From positions 288,001 to 352,000 of the forward strand of contig JAMOPO010000015.1 of assembly GCA_027064425.1 (NCBI GenBank): a DNA stretch of 64,000 nt, read 5' to 3'. Under the pieces are notes generated by a model. The model was not told the DNA's origin. It saw only the letters and a list, made by a program, of their open reading frames with translations, and searched no databases. The first letter of the stretch is position 1. Every line of letters begins with the position of its first letter. Source of the DNA: Methanobacteriota archaeon (lineage in GTDB: Archaea > JAADCQ01 > Methanopyri > Methanopyrales > Methanopyraceae). Below are positions 51,588 to 60,629 of this stretch, piece by piece. The position numbers and the translations under genes were made by a program.

Positions 51588-52928
51588 CTATATAACTTTT
51601 GCCCAAAGCGCCGCGTTCCGCAGCGCCCGCGCCGCCCGCTCCGGCGAGGGGAACGTCGGTACCCCGGCCTCCTCGAGCGTCCTGACACCCACAGCCACCG
51701 AGTGCCGGCCCATCCACACGCCGAGCACCGGTCCGGGGAACTCCTCCGCGAACTCCGCCACGACCCGCGCCGTCTGCACGGGCTCGGTCACGCTCTGCGG
51801 GGTGAGGATCACGAGCACCGCCCCGTACCGGTCCGGGTCCGCGAACTCCTCCAGCGCTACCCGGTAGCGGTCCGCGTCCGCGTCCCCCAGCACGTCCACC
51901 GGGTTCCCCGTCGCCGCCTCCTCCGGCAGGACCGACGGGTCGCCCCCTGGCTCCGGGAGCTCGAACCCCGCCTCGTGCAGCGCGTCCGCCGCGAGGATCC
52001 CGCCACCCCCCGCGTTCGTGACGATGAGCACCCGGTTCGAGCGCGGCGGACCCGCCTTCGCCAGGAGCTTCGCCGTGTCGAACGCCTCCTCGAACCCCTC
52101 CACGAAGACCCCGCCGAACTGCTCGACCACCCCCCGGTACACCTCGCCCGAGCCCGCCAGCGAGCCCGTGTGCGTGCTCACCGCCTCCGCGCCCGCCTCC
52201 GTCCGCCCACCCTTCAGCACGATCACCGGCTTCTCCTCCGCGCACGAGGACAGCGCCTCCACGAACGCCCTCCCGTCCTTCACTCCCTCCAGGTAGAGGA
52301 CGACTACCTTCGTCTCGTCGTCCTCGGCCAGGTACTCCAGGAAGTCCGGGAAGTCTAGGTCCGCCGCGTTGCCCAGGCTCACGAACTTGCTGAAGCCCAC
52401 CCCGACCGTGCCCACGTCCCCCGAGGAGAACCAGTCGATGACCGAGGTCGCCAGCGCCCCGCTCTGCGACACGAACGCGATGTCACCCTCCGGCGGCATC
52501 TCCGCCGCGAACGAGGCGTTCAGCCCGGCCCGCGCGTTGATGATCCCCAGGCAGTTCGGCCCCACGATCCGCACGCCCGCCTCCCGCGCCGCCTGCACCA
52601 GCTCCCGCTCCAGCTCCTCGTTCCCCGCCTCCGAGAAGCCCGCTGAGATGACCACGCAGTACCTCGCGCCGACCTCGCCCGCCTCTCGCACGACCTCCGG
52701 CACGACCGGCGCGGGCACGGCGATCACGACCAGGTCGACCGGGGCCGGCACCTCCGAGAGCGAGGGGTAGCACCGCACGCCCAGGATCTCGTCCGCGTGC
52801 GGGTTGACCGGGTACACGTCCCCCTCGAACTCCGCGAGCAGGTTCCGGAGCACGCTGTGACCCACCTTGCTCGGGTCCCGGGAGGCGCCCACGACCGCGA
52901 CCGAGCGCGGCTCGAAGAGGCGGTCCAT
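51588..52928 (-). CDS. Acyl-CoA synthetase (ADP-forming) alpha subunit
   Basis: PRSVAVVGAS, SAGFSE, GPNCLG, SQSGAL, STHTGSLAG, TNAGG, NPVDV. Confidence 0.92.
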   Translation of the reverse strand: MDRLFEPRSVAVVGASRDPSKVGHSVLRNLLAEFEGDVYPVNPHADEILGVRCYPSLSEVPAPVDLVVIAVPAPVVPEVVREAGEVGARYCVVISAGFSEAGNEELERELVQAAREAGVRIVGPNCLGIINARAGLNASFAAEMPPEGDIAFVSQSGALATSVIDWFSSGDVGTVGVGFSKFVSLGNAADLDFPDFLEYLAEDDETKVVVLYLEGVKDGRAFVEALSSCAEEKPVIVLKGGRTEAGAEAVSTHTGSLAGSGEVYRGVVEQFGGVFVEGFEEAFDTAKLLAKAGPPRSNRVLIVTNAGGGGILAADALHEAGFELPEPGGDPSVLPEEAATGNPVDVLGDADADRYRVALEEFADPDRYGAVLVILTPQSVTEPVQTARVVAEFAEEFPGPVLGVWMGRHSVAVGVRTLEEAGVPTFPSPERAARALRNAALWAKVI

Positions 52929-53297
52929 CTACTCCTCCCCCAGCAGCGCTCTGACCGCGTCCAGGACGGTCAGCACGCCCACCACGCGCCCCTCCTCCAC
53001 GACCACCGCCCGGTCCTGCCCGGCCGCCGCCATCCGGTCGAGCGCCAGCTCGAGCGGGTCGTCCGGGCGCACCTTCACCGCCTCCCGGGCGACCTCGCCC
53101 GCCCGCAGCTCCCGCCACTCGCCCGTGGCGAGCGCCCAGGCCACGTCCACCGACGTCACGATTCCGACCAGCCGCCCGTCGTCCACCACCGGCACCCCGT
53201 GGATCGACTCCTCCGAGAGCGCCCGCAGGACCCGCTCCAGCGGCTCGTCGGGGCCCACGGAGATCACGTCCTCAACCATCACGTCCCGGACGCGCAC
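52929..53297 (-). CDS. CBS-pair domain protein
   Basis: VRDVM, GVPVVDDGRLVGIVT, GRVVGVLT. Confidence 0.88.
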   Translation of the reverse strand: MRVRDVMVEDVISVGPDEPLERVLRALSEESIHGVPVVDDGRLVGIVTSVDVAWALATGEWRELRAGEVAREAVKVRPDDPLELALDRMAAAGQDRAVVVEEGRVVGVLTVLDAVRALLGEE

Positions 53298-53340
53298 GCC
53301 GCAGCCCCGGCGGACCGGGTACCGAGGCGGGTCATATAAG

Positions 53341-53356
53341 GTTAGGCTCGTCGAAC
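53341..53356. promoter_or_regulatory. Degenerate DtxR-type box upstream of ferredoxin
   Basis: GTTAGG-ctcg-tCgAAC immediately after CATATAAG. Confidence 0.4.
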
Positions 53357-53392
53357 TCGCAACGGTGATCAAGGCCGGTCTCGACCCGAAGG

Positions 53393-53617
53393 GTGGGGCT
53401 CGTGAGCGAGATCGTCGAGGTCGAAACGCGGCAGGCCCGCTTCGTGCTGGATTCGAGCGAGTGCGACGGGTGCGGTGAGTGCATGCGCGCCTGCCCGACC
53501 CGGGCCATCATCGTCGGGGAGGAGTACCTGGAGATCGATGAGGAGCGGTGCCGGGCGTGCGGTAGCTGCGCCCGGGCCTGCCCCACGGGCGCGCTCCGGA
53601 TGGAGCCCCGCGCTTGA
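53393..53617 (+). CDS. 2x[4Fe-4S] ferredoxin
   Basis: CDGCGECMRACP and CRACGSCARACP. Confidence 0.92.
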   Translation: MGLVSEIVEVETRQARFVLDSSECDGCGECMRACPTRAIIVGEEYLEIDEERCRACGSCARACPTGALRMEPRA

Positions 53618-53661
53618 TTATTTATCCCGGGACCGGCCGGCGCGGGCCGGGGTGACCGGCC

Positions 53662-54363
53662 CTGGCGGTCCGGGAGCCAACGGAGGGGGAGCTGAAGGAG
53701 CTGCGGGAGGTCCTCGAAGAGCTCACGGGTTCGGACCTCGGCATCGAGGACCGCGAGGTCACGATCGAGCGCATCCGTGGCCCCGTCCGGGCCGAGCGCG
53801 TGTTCCTGGACGGCCGGCCGATACTCACGATCACCTTCGACCCCTGGACCGCCTCCTGCGTGTACACCCTCACCCCGCACGGGGCCCGCGAGGCGGAGGA
53901 GATCACGGGCGAGCGGCCCGAGCGCCGGAGGATCGTGCGCAAGGACCCGTACGACCTGATCGACTTCGAGCCGACCGGGACCAAGCGCGACCTCGAGCGG
54001 GCCATCCGGCGCGCCCTCGAGGAGTGCGACGTGGACGTGCTCGAGCTCGAGACCGCGACCGAGATCGTCGAGGACGTCGAGCTCACCGGCGTGGCCATCT
54101 ACACCGCTCGCGAGTTCCTCTACGTCGACGTCATCCCGCCCGACCCCGCCGGCCGGCCCAACCCCATCAACGCGATCGCCCGCATCATCCACGCGTTCAC
54201 CGGCGAGGAGACCGAGCCCTGGTTGCACCCTGATTACCGCTTCCTCGGCGTCCGGCACACCCACGCGGGCAAGGAGGTCACCGTCGCCATCGGGGACACC
54301 ACCGTCACCTTCGAGGCCGTCCTAACCCGCCACGGACTCCGCATCCGCTCCCGCCGGGGGTAA
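53662..54363 (+). CDS. Hypothetical protein; N-terminus may resemble the pre-PUA region of archaeal PAPS-reductase-family proteins; probable CTG start
   Basis: Frame stays open 46 codons upstream of the GTG at 53800, back to a CTG 6 nt after a GGGGTGA RBS. Confidence 0.6.
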   Translation: MAVREPTEGELKELREVLEELTGSDLGIEDREVTIERIRGPVRAERVFLDGRPILTITFDPWTASCVYTLTPHGAREAEEITGERPERRRIVRKDPYDLIDFEPTGTKRDLERAIRRALEECDVDVLELETATEIVEDVELTGVAIYTAREFLYVDVIPPDPAGRPNPINAIARIIHAFTGEETEPWLHPDYRFLGVRHTHAGKEVTVAIGDTTVTFEAVLTRHGLRIRSRRG

Positions 54364-54368
54364 CCCCC

Positions 54369-55049
54369 GTGTACAAGCAGCGCTTCGTCCTCGACACCAC
54401 CGCCTTCACCCACCAGGACGTCGTCGACCGCCTCGGCGACGGCGACCTCTGCCGCGCCGTCTCCGAGCTCCTCGACCTCATCGCCCGCGCCCGCATGGAG
54501 CTTCACATCAGCTGCTACCTCCCGTACCCCACCGTCTACCGCGAGCTCAAGGGCTTCCTCGAGCGCAACGACTGCCCGGCCGAGCTCGTCTCCCGCCTCG
54601 ACACCTGGATCGTCAAGAAAACCCCCAACCGATACGAGGTCAAGGTCCCCGCCCGACTCTTCATGGCCTACGTCAAGGACATGCGCGGCCGCCTCGACCG
54701 CGGCCGTAAACACGCCGAGAAGGCCATCTGGAACGCCGCCCTAGAGACCTACGAGATCATGCTCCGAGAGGAGGCCGACGTGCCCAAGGAGAAGATCATT
54801 CGCGAGATCATCGGCGAGACCGTCCGCCGCTTCCGCCGCAAGTACCGCCGCACCGTCCGCCACGGTACCCTCGACAGCGCCCCCGACCTCGACGTTCTCC
54901 TCCTCGCCAAGGAGCTCGACGCCGCCGTCGTCGCCCAGGACGAGGGCATCGAGCGCTGGGCCCGCGAGCTCGGCCTCCGCTACATGCCCGCCACCTCCTT
55001 TCCCGACATGATCCAGGAGTACCTAGAGCTCGCCAAGGAGGTGGAGTGA
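54369..55049 (+). CDS. rnp3: HARP, RNA-free RNase P (PIN domain, UPF0278)
   Basis: FVLDTTAFT, KKTPNRY, GTLDSAPDLDVLLLAKEL, DEGIERWA. Confidence 0.9.
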   Translation: MYKQRFVLDTTAFTHQDVVDRLGDGDLCRAVSELLDLIARARMELHISCYLPYPTVYRELKGFLERNDCPAELVSRLDTWIVKKTPNRYEVKVPARLFMAYVKDMRGRLDRGRKHAEKAIWNAALETYEIMLREEADVPKEKIIREIIGETVRRFRRKYRRTVRHGTLDSAPDLDVLLLAKELDAAVVAQDEGIERWARELGLRYMPATSFPDMIQEYLELAKEVE

Positions 55050-56491
55050 TGCGGCTCGCGCACCACCTTAAGCCCGTCTTCGCCGTCCCCGGGGACGACA
55101 TCCACGAGCCCTACCTCGAGCTCGCCGAGCGCGACGAGCTCATCCGCACCAACCGCGAGGACACCGCCGCCTACGCCGCCATCGGCGCCGCCGAGGTCTC
55201 CAACGAGCCCGCCGCACTCCTCGCCACCCGCGGCCCCGGCCTCGCCCACGCCCTACCCGGCCTCGCCTGCGCCCTCGCCGACCACGTCCCCATCCTCTGC
55301 ATCACCGGAGCGCCCGTCGACCAGGGCTTCCAGTCCCTCCTACCCAGCCTCGAGTCCAACCGGCTCCGACTCACCGTCACCGACGACCCGAAAGAGGCCG
55401 CACGGTCCCTCGCCCGCTCCCGGCCCGCCGTCCTAACCCGGCCCCAGGCTCCCGACGAGCTCGAACCGCACCTCCGCGAAGCCCAGCCACCCCAGCCCAC
55501 CGACGATGAAATCGACGAGGTCCGCCGCCGCCTCGAGGGCAAGAAGGTCACCATCCTCGTCGGCCGCGGCTGCTACCGCTCCCTCGCCGGCGAACACATC
55601 GAGCGCCTCGCCGAGCTCCTGAACGCCCCCATCGTCCAGACCATGCGCGGCCGCGGCATCGTCCCCGAGTACCACCCTCGCAACTACGGCGTCGTCGGCC
55701 TCCGCGGCTGGGCCAACCACGTCCTGCAGGAGGCGGACGTCATCCTCGCCCTCGGCGCCCGCCTCACCGAGCGCACCCTACCCGAGGAACCCGACGCCGA
55801 GATCATCGCCGTCACCCTCCACCTCAACGGTCCCGCCGACCTACACCTCGAGTGCGATCCCGTGCCACTCCTGCAGGCCCTCGTCAAAGACCCGCCCGAA
55901 ACGCAGCCCTGGGAGCCCGAGCGCCGCGAGCCCGACGAACCCGACACCCACGCCTACCGCGTCGTCAAGACCGCCCTCCGCGCCTGGATCGGCCCCGTCA
56001 CCCTCGACTCCGGCCAGCACACGCCCCTCACCCTCCTCGCCGCCCACCTCTCCTCCCCCAACGAGCTCATCCACTCCGGCGCCTTCTGCCCCATGGGTTT
56101 CGCCCTCCCCGCCGCCCTCGGTGCCGCCACCCGTACCCCCGAGCCCGTCCTCGCCATCACCGGCGACGGCGGCTTCCTCGCCACGCATCACGAGCTCGAG
56201 ACCGCCGTCCGAGAGGACCTCCCCATCACCGTTCTCGTCCTCCGCAACCGAGAGCTCGGCTTCACCCGACAGACCGCCGACCTGGACGACCCCGAGCCCG
56301 CCAAGATGGACCTGCCCACCGACCCCGCCGACCTCGCCGAGGCCTACGGCATCGAGGTCCACCGTCTCGAGCACGACCAGACCGACGAGCTCCACCGCAC
56401 CCTCCGCGACGCCGAGATGCAGCGCGAGCCCACCGTCGTCATCGTCGAGCTGCCCCGAGAGGACATCCCGCTCCCCGGCCGGTCCGACTGA
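55046..56491 (+). CDS. Thiamine-pyrophosphate-dependent enzyme (acetolactate synthase-like, divergent)
   Basis: REDTAAYAA, TRGPG, MGFALPAALGA, GDGGF..N TPP motif. Confidence 0.85.
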   Translation: MMRLAHHLKPVFAVPGDDIHEPYLELAERDELIRTNREDTAAYAAIGAAEVSNEPAALLATRGPGLAHALPGLACALADHVPILCITGAPVDQGFQSLLPSLESNRLRLTVTDDPKEAARSLARSRPAVLTRPQAPDELEPHLREAQPPQPTDDEIDEVRRRLEGKKVTILVGRGCYRSLAGEHIERLAELLNAPIVQTMRGRGIVPEYHPRNYGVVGLRGWANHVLQEADVILALGARLTERTLPEEPDAEIIAVTLHLNGPADLHLECDPVPLLQALVKDPPETQPWEPERREPDEPDTHAYRVVKTALRAWIGPVTLDSGQHTPLTLLAAHLSSPNELIHSGAFCPMGFALPAALGAATRTPEPVLAITGDGGFLATHHELETAVREDLPITVLVLRNRELGFTRQTADLDDPEPAKMDLPTDPADLAEAYGIEVHRLEHDQTDELHRTLRDAEMQREPTVVIVELPREDIPLPGRSD

Positions 56492-56701
56492 GCCACCCCG
56501 ACCCTTCGCCCCCTCTCCCACCCTTACCATTGTAACCGTGGGCCAGCGGGCCTCAGCAAGCGACGACCCGCGACTCCAGCCCCGGCCTACAACCCGGGCG
56601 GGTCCGGCCGAGGGGCGAGCGCGCCCATCGGTCCCGGCCTGTACGCTGCGGTGGGGTCGGCCCGCCCTCGCAACCGTTTTATCCTCCAGCCTGATTACAA
56701 A

Positions 56702-57349
56702 ATGACGGCACGCCCGGAACCCGGGGTGGCGCGAGTGACCTGGCAGGGCGCCCCATTGCCTTCGGATCCCGTGGAGCGGATTCGGTGCCTGCGCGTGCTC
56801 CGGGAGGCGTATCGGCGGCAGGTCAAGCCCGAGCTGCGAGAGACGTACCGGCGGGTTGGCGGGAAGACGTACGGGCCTTATTACGTCGCGTACTTTAAGC
56901 GGACTCCGGGGCGCCGGCACCCCAGGCTGATCTACCTGGGCAAGTCGGGCCCGAGCGTCGAGTTCGTCGAGTGGCTCGCCGAGCAGTCGAGGAGAACCGT
57001 GCTTGACCTTGCTCGACTCGCGGTGCGGCACCTTCGAGCCGCGCTCGAGCGGATCGTTGAGGAGGCTCGCGGGTCGGGGGACTCGCGCCGGCTAATCGCC
57101 CGCACCCTCGCCCTCGCCTTCGACCTCGAGCCCGCAGGACTCCCCCAGCTCCGCGACCTCCTCGACCGAGCACCCAGGTTCGCGAGGACCGTGCTCGGCC
57201 CCTGGAAAGCCTGGTTCACCGAGCGGGTGCTCAGAAAGCTCCTCTACCGCCGGTCTCGGGATGGTAAGCGCTGGGTGCCCGACGTTCAGCTCGAGCTTGA
57301 GCGGTGGCGGTCCGGGCGCGGGGCGCGGTGCGACCGGACGCGACCGTGA
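56702..57349 (+). CDS. Basic, Arg-rich Methanopyrus-type orphan (DUF1678-like)
   Basis: ELRETYRRVGGKTYGPYYVAYF..RLIYLGK motif; family call from memory only. Confidence 0.55.
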   Translation: MTARPEPGVARVTWQGAPLPSDPVERIRCLRVLREAYRRQVKPELRETYRRVGGKTYGPYYVAYFKRTPGRRHPRLIYLGKSGPSVEFVEWLAEQSRRTVLDLARLAVRHLRAALERIVEEARGSGDSRRLIARTLALAFDLEPAGLPQLRDLLDRAPRFARTVLGPWKAWFTERVLRKLLYRRSRDGKRWVPDVQLELERWRSGRGARCDRTRP

Positions 57350-57501
57350 TCTCCGCGGGACACTCGGCGTGAGCGTCGGCTCGGGTCGGTCGGGCTCGCT
57401 CCGGGTCGCGAGCGTTTTCCGGGGGTCATGTCCTCCATCGTGTTGGCACCCTCGGCTCGGGGCGGCCCCGAAGCCTGCGCCCCCACCGCTCGGAAACGGG
57501 T

Positions 57502-57520
57502 CGTTATGGGGCTTGTAACG
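57502..57520. repeat. Spaced palindrome copy 6
   Basis: CGTTA-tggggcttg-TAACG. Confidence 0.75.
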
Positions 57521-57530
57521 TTCCGTGGGC

Positions 57531-57594
57531 GGCCTCGGGGCCCGCGACTCCGATCATCCCCGGCGGTCGCCGTGGGTCCACCTCATCATCGGCC
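57531..57594 (-). ncRNA. C/D box sRNA candidate
   Basis: Reverse complement GGCC-g-ATGATGA-12nt-GCGA-..-GGGATGA-15nt-CCGA-GGCC with terminal stem. Confidence 0.6.
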
Positions 57595-57598
57595 GGTT

Positions 57599-57617
57599 CG
57601 TTCCGGTGGTCGTAACG
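57599..57617. repeat. Spaced palindrome copy 7 (one mismatch)
   Basis: CGTTc-cggtggtcg-TAACG. Confidence 0.6.
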
Positions 57618-57653
57618 ATTGGGTTTTTCGGTCGTGGGTGCGCGTGGGGCGCC

Positions 57654-57711
57654 GCGGGATGAGGAGAACCCCGGTCTCTGAGGTGTGATGAGGGATAGGC
57701 GTGCCGACCGC
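57654..57711 (+). ncRNA. C/D box sRNA candidate
   Basis: GCGG-GATGA-15nt-CTGA-ggt-GTGATGA-12nt-CCGA-CCGC with terminal GCGG/CCGC stem. Confidence 0.65.
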
Positions 57712-57745
57712 AAGGGTCTTGTCGTGGGAGGGGACCGGTGCGGAT

Positions 57746-57802
57746 GGATGATGAGGGGCTGATGTGCCGAGCTCGATGAGGTGAAGGGCGGGTGTGCTGA
57801 CT
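57746..57802 (+). ncRNA. C/D box sRNA candidate
   Basis: ATGATGA-12nt-CCGA-gc-TCGATGA-17nt-CTGA. Confidence 0.55.
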
Positions 57803-58809
57803 CAGAGCGTGATGGTGCCGAGCTGTCGGGCGCGCTTGAGGAGGCTCTGGAGTGGTGGGTCCTCGGGCTCGAGCTGGAGTGGGTCGCCGAGCTCCCACTC
57901 CTCTTTGAGCCACTCGAGGGCGCGCTGGGCGGCCTGGTGGGCCTCGTGGTCCCAGCCCCAGGGTAGCGGGACGAGGACGGGGTAGGCGGTCTCGCCGTCG
58001 TAGAGGACGACGGCGGTGTCGTAGTGGTGGCCGCAGTGGACGCCCTCCTCGGTGAGGGCGCGGTGGAGCTCATCGTTGAGCTGGGCGGTGGTGAGGACGC
58101 CGTCGGGGTCGGGGGACTTGCGGAGGTAGTCGCGGACGCCGCAGCCGCTCTCGTTCTTCCACCACTCGAAGCGTGGGAAGTGGAGGTCGGCCTCGCGCAG
58201 GGCGGCGACGACGTGACCCTTGTCGAGCTTGAGGTCAAGGAGTGGGCGGTACTCGAGGGCGTTGGGGTGCTCGGTGGTGGGTGGCATCTGGGCGCGGTGT
58301 GGGGCCTCGCCGTAGTTGGCGCCGCCGAGGATGAGGGAGCCGGGGAAGGCGTGAGCGGCGGCCTCGAAGCGGAGCTTGCCGCACTGCTGGCAGAGGTCGC
58401 GCTTGGCGTTGTATGGGGGTGGCGGAACCTGGAGGTGGTAGAAGCTGACGGGGGTCTCGTAGTGCTGGTCGAGGTGCTGGGCGACTAGGTGGGCGCGGGC
58501 GTGGACGAGGGCGCGGGGCATGCCGGGGAAGAAGCCGATGGTGTAGAGGATGAGCTCGACGCCGTACTCCTCGCAGGCGCGGGCGGCGGCGACGGCCAGG
58601 ACGGCGCTGTCCATGCCCTCGAGGGCGACGCAGACCTGGGCGGGCTCGGTGCGGTGCATGGTGTCCTGGATGGCCTGGGTGATGCGGTCGAGGACGCCCT
58701 CCTCGTGGCGGTGGTACGGGTAGACGGCGTCCCAGATGGGCGCCTCGTGGGCGGACGGGGCGCTCTCAACGGTCTCGAGGTCGCGCTTGCGGGGCTGGAT
58801 CTCGTGCAC
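57802..58809 (-). CDS. Divergent PP-loop-like (adenine nucleotide alpha-hydrolase) protein
   Basis: ALEGMDSAV (altered SGGxDS), CQQC, GANYGE, YRPLL, SGC. Confidence 0.6.
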   Translation of the reverse strand: MHEIQPRKRDLETVESAPSAHEAPIWDAVYPYHRHEEGVLDRITQAIQDTMHRTEPAQVCVALEGMDSAVLAVAAARACEEYGVELILYTIGFFPGMPRALVHARAHLVAQHLDQHYETPVSFYHLQVPPPPYNAKRDLCQQCGKLRFEAAAHAFPGSLILGGANYGEAPHRAQMPPTTEHPNALEYRPLLDLKLDKGHVVAALREADLHFPRFEWWKNESGCGVRDYLRKSPDPDGVLTTAQLNDELHRALTEEGVHCGHHYDTAVVLYDGETAYPVLVPLPWGWDHEAHQAAQRALEWLKEEWELGDPLQLEPEDPPLQSLLKRARQLGTITL

Positions 58810-59008
58810 CTCGATGCGGGCCAGCGGTGTCTCACCCCCTCGCGCGGAGGTTATTTTGGGGGTGGGCCCTGTGCCCGGGTGTCGGCGCGCGCGTCATCCC
58901 TCCTGATCGGTCGGCTAGGACGCTGTCCCGGGCTCTGGGCCGGGCCCTCATCGGCGGCCCGTCGGGCTTCCGTCGGGCCCGGGTCGCGGGCGTTGGGGGC
59001 CCGTGCGC

Positions 59009-59716
59009 ATGGCCCTGCTGGAGGTTAAAGACCTGAGGGTGCGCGCGGGCGGCAGGGAGATCGTCAAGAGGGCGTCGCTGCGGGTGGACGAGGGAGAGAT
59101 CGTGAACCTGATCGGGCCGAACGGGTCGGGTAAGAGCACGCTGGCGCGGGCGATCATGGGGAGTGAAGGCTACGAGGTGGAGGGGGAGATTCGGTTCAAG
59201 GGCGAGGACATCTCGGACCTCCCGATGCACGAGCGGGCGCGGCGCGGGCTGACGCTGTGCTGGCAGGAGCCGGCGCGGTTCGAGGGGCTGACGGTGGGCG
59301 AGTACCTGATGGCGGGGTGCGACGACGAGGAGTGGGCGCGCCGGTGCCTACGGATGGTGGGGCTGGACCCGGACGAGTACTGGGAGCGGGAGTGTGGTGA
59401 GGGCCTGAGCGGTGGCGAGCGGAAGCGGGTGGAGCTGGCGTCGGTGATGGTGATGCGACCGGACCTGGTGATCCTGGACGAGCCGGACGCTGGGCTGGAC
59501 ATGACGTCGTCGGAGGACCTGGCAAAGCTGATCGAGTGGATGCGGAGGGAGGGCTCGTCGGTCCTGCTGATCACGCACAGCCGGGATCTGGCGGAGCGTG
59601 TGGGTGACCGGGCGTACCTGATGATGGACGGGGAGATCGTGGAGGAGGGCGACCCGGAGGAGATCGTGTACAAGTGCCGGATGTGCGGGGGAGACCTGGT
59701 GTGCGAGGCGGAGTGA
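59009..59716 (+). CDS. sufC: Fe-S assembly ATPase SufC
   Basis: GPNGSGKSTL, ERARRG, WQEPARFEG, LSGGERKR, LDEPDAG, C-terminal CxxC..C. Confidence 0.9.
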   Translation: MALLEVKDLRVRAGGREIVKRASLRVDEGEIVNLIGPNGSGKSTLARAIMGSEGYEVEGEIRFKGEDISDLPMHERARRGLTLCWQEPARFEGLTVGEYLMAGCDDEEWARRCLRMVGLDPDEYWERECGEGLSGGERKRVELASVMVMRPDLVILDEPDAGLDMTSSEDLAKLIEWMRREGSSVLLITHSRDLAERVGDRAYLMMDGEIVEEGDPEEIVYKCRMCGGDLVCEAE

Positions 59717-60624
59717 GCGAGGAGGAGGTGTTCGGTCCGGCGGAGTACCACGCGGATCCCGACGCTCCCCGGGTGGTGATCCTGGAGAACAAGGTGGTGA
59801 ACGTGCAGGATCGGGAGGGGCTGGAGCTGGAGGCGGAGGAGCTGGACGACGGCGTGCGGGCGGAGCTGGTGGTGAAGGAGGGGTTCGAGCTGGACGAGCC
59901 GGTGCACTTCTGCGTCGGGATCCCGTGGGAGGAGGGCGTGCAGCGGATCGAGACCCGGGTGGTGGTGGAGCCCGAGGCTCGGATCAGGCTGCTGTCGCAC
60001 TGCTCGTTCCCGCGGGCGGAGGACGTGCTGCACGAGATGAAGGCGGAGTTCGTGGTGAAGGACGGCGCGGAGCTGGAGGTGCAGGACATTCACTACCACG
60101 GTGAGGGTGGCGTGCGGCTGCGGGCGGAGTACGATGTGGAGGTGGGCGAGGGAGCCCGGCTCTCGAGCGAGTTCCGGCTGACGAAGGGTCGGGTGGGCGA
60201 GCTGTGGTGGGTGTCTCGGGGCGTGGTGCGTAGGGAAGGCTCGCTGGAGGGTGTGGTCCGGATCATGGCGCGGGAGGACGACAAGGTGGACATCGAGGAG
60301 AGCGTGCGGCTGGTGGGTGAGGACTCGCGGGCGGTGCTGGACTCGCGCGCGGCGGCGATCGACGGGGCTCGGGTGCGGTTCGTGGGCGAGCTGTCTGGTG
60401 AGGCCCCGGGCGCTAAGGGCCACGTGGAGTGCTCCGAGATCATCCGCGGCGACGGTCGGGTGGAGAGCGTGCCGAAGCTAAAGGTGGTGGATCCCGACGC
60501 TCGCCTGACGCACGAGGCGGCGCTGGGAACGCTCGAGCGCCGCGAGATCGAGGCGCTTATGTCCCGGGGCCTGTCGGAGGAGGAGGCCGTCGAAATGCTC
60601 GTGGAAGCGATGCTGAGGGGGTAG
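59713..60624 (+). CDS. sufB: SufB/SufD family Fe-S assembly scaffold
   Basis: PVHFC, HCSF, KGHVECSEI, SVPKL, LTHEAALG, LMSRGL. Confidence 0.88.
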   Translation: MSEEEVFGPAEYHADPDAPRVVILENKVVNVQDREGLELEAEELDDGVRAELVVKEGFELDEPVHFCVGIPWEEGVQRIETRVVVEPEARIRLLSHCSFPRAEDVLHEMKAEFVVKDGAELEVQDIHYHGEGGVRLRAEYDVEVGEGARLSSEFRLTKGRVGELWWVSRGVVRREGSLEGVVRIMAREDDKVDIEESVRLVGEDSRAVLDSRAAAIDGARVRFVGELSGEAPGAKGHVECSEIIRGDGRVESVPKLKVVDPDARLTHEAALGTLERREIEALMSRGLSEEEAVEMLVEAMLRG

Positions 60625-60629
60625 TCCGC

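Noticed and set aside
53614-53661. In-frame TGA as a selenocysteine codon
   Set aside because: The TGA is part of the RBS, upstream codons look non-coding, and no SECIS was seen
57780-57796. Guide match to the 16S rRNA CACACCGCCCGTC region
   Set aside because: Needs a bulge and a mismatch; cannot be verified without the rRNA sequence
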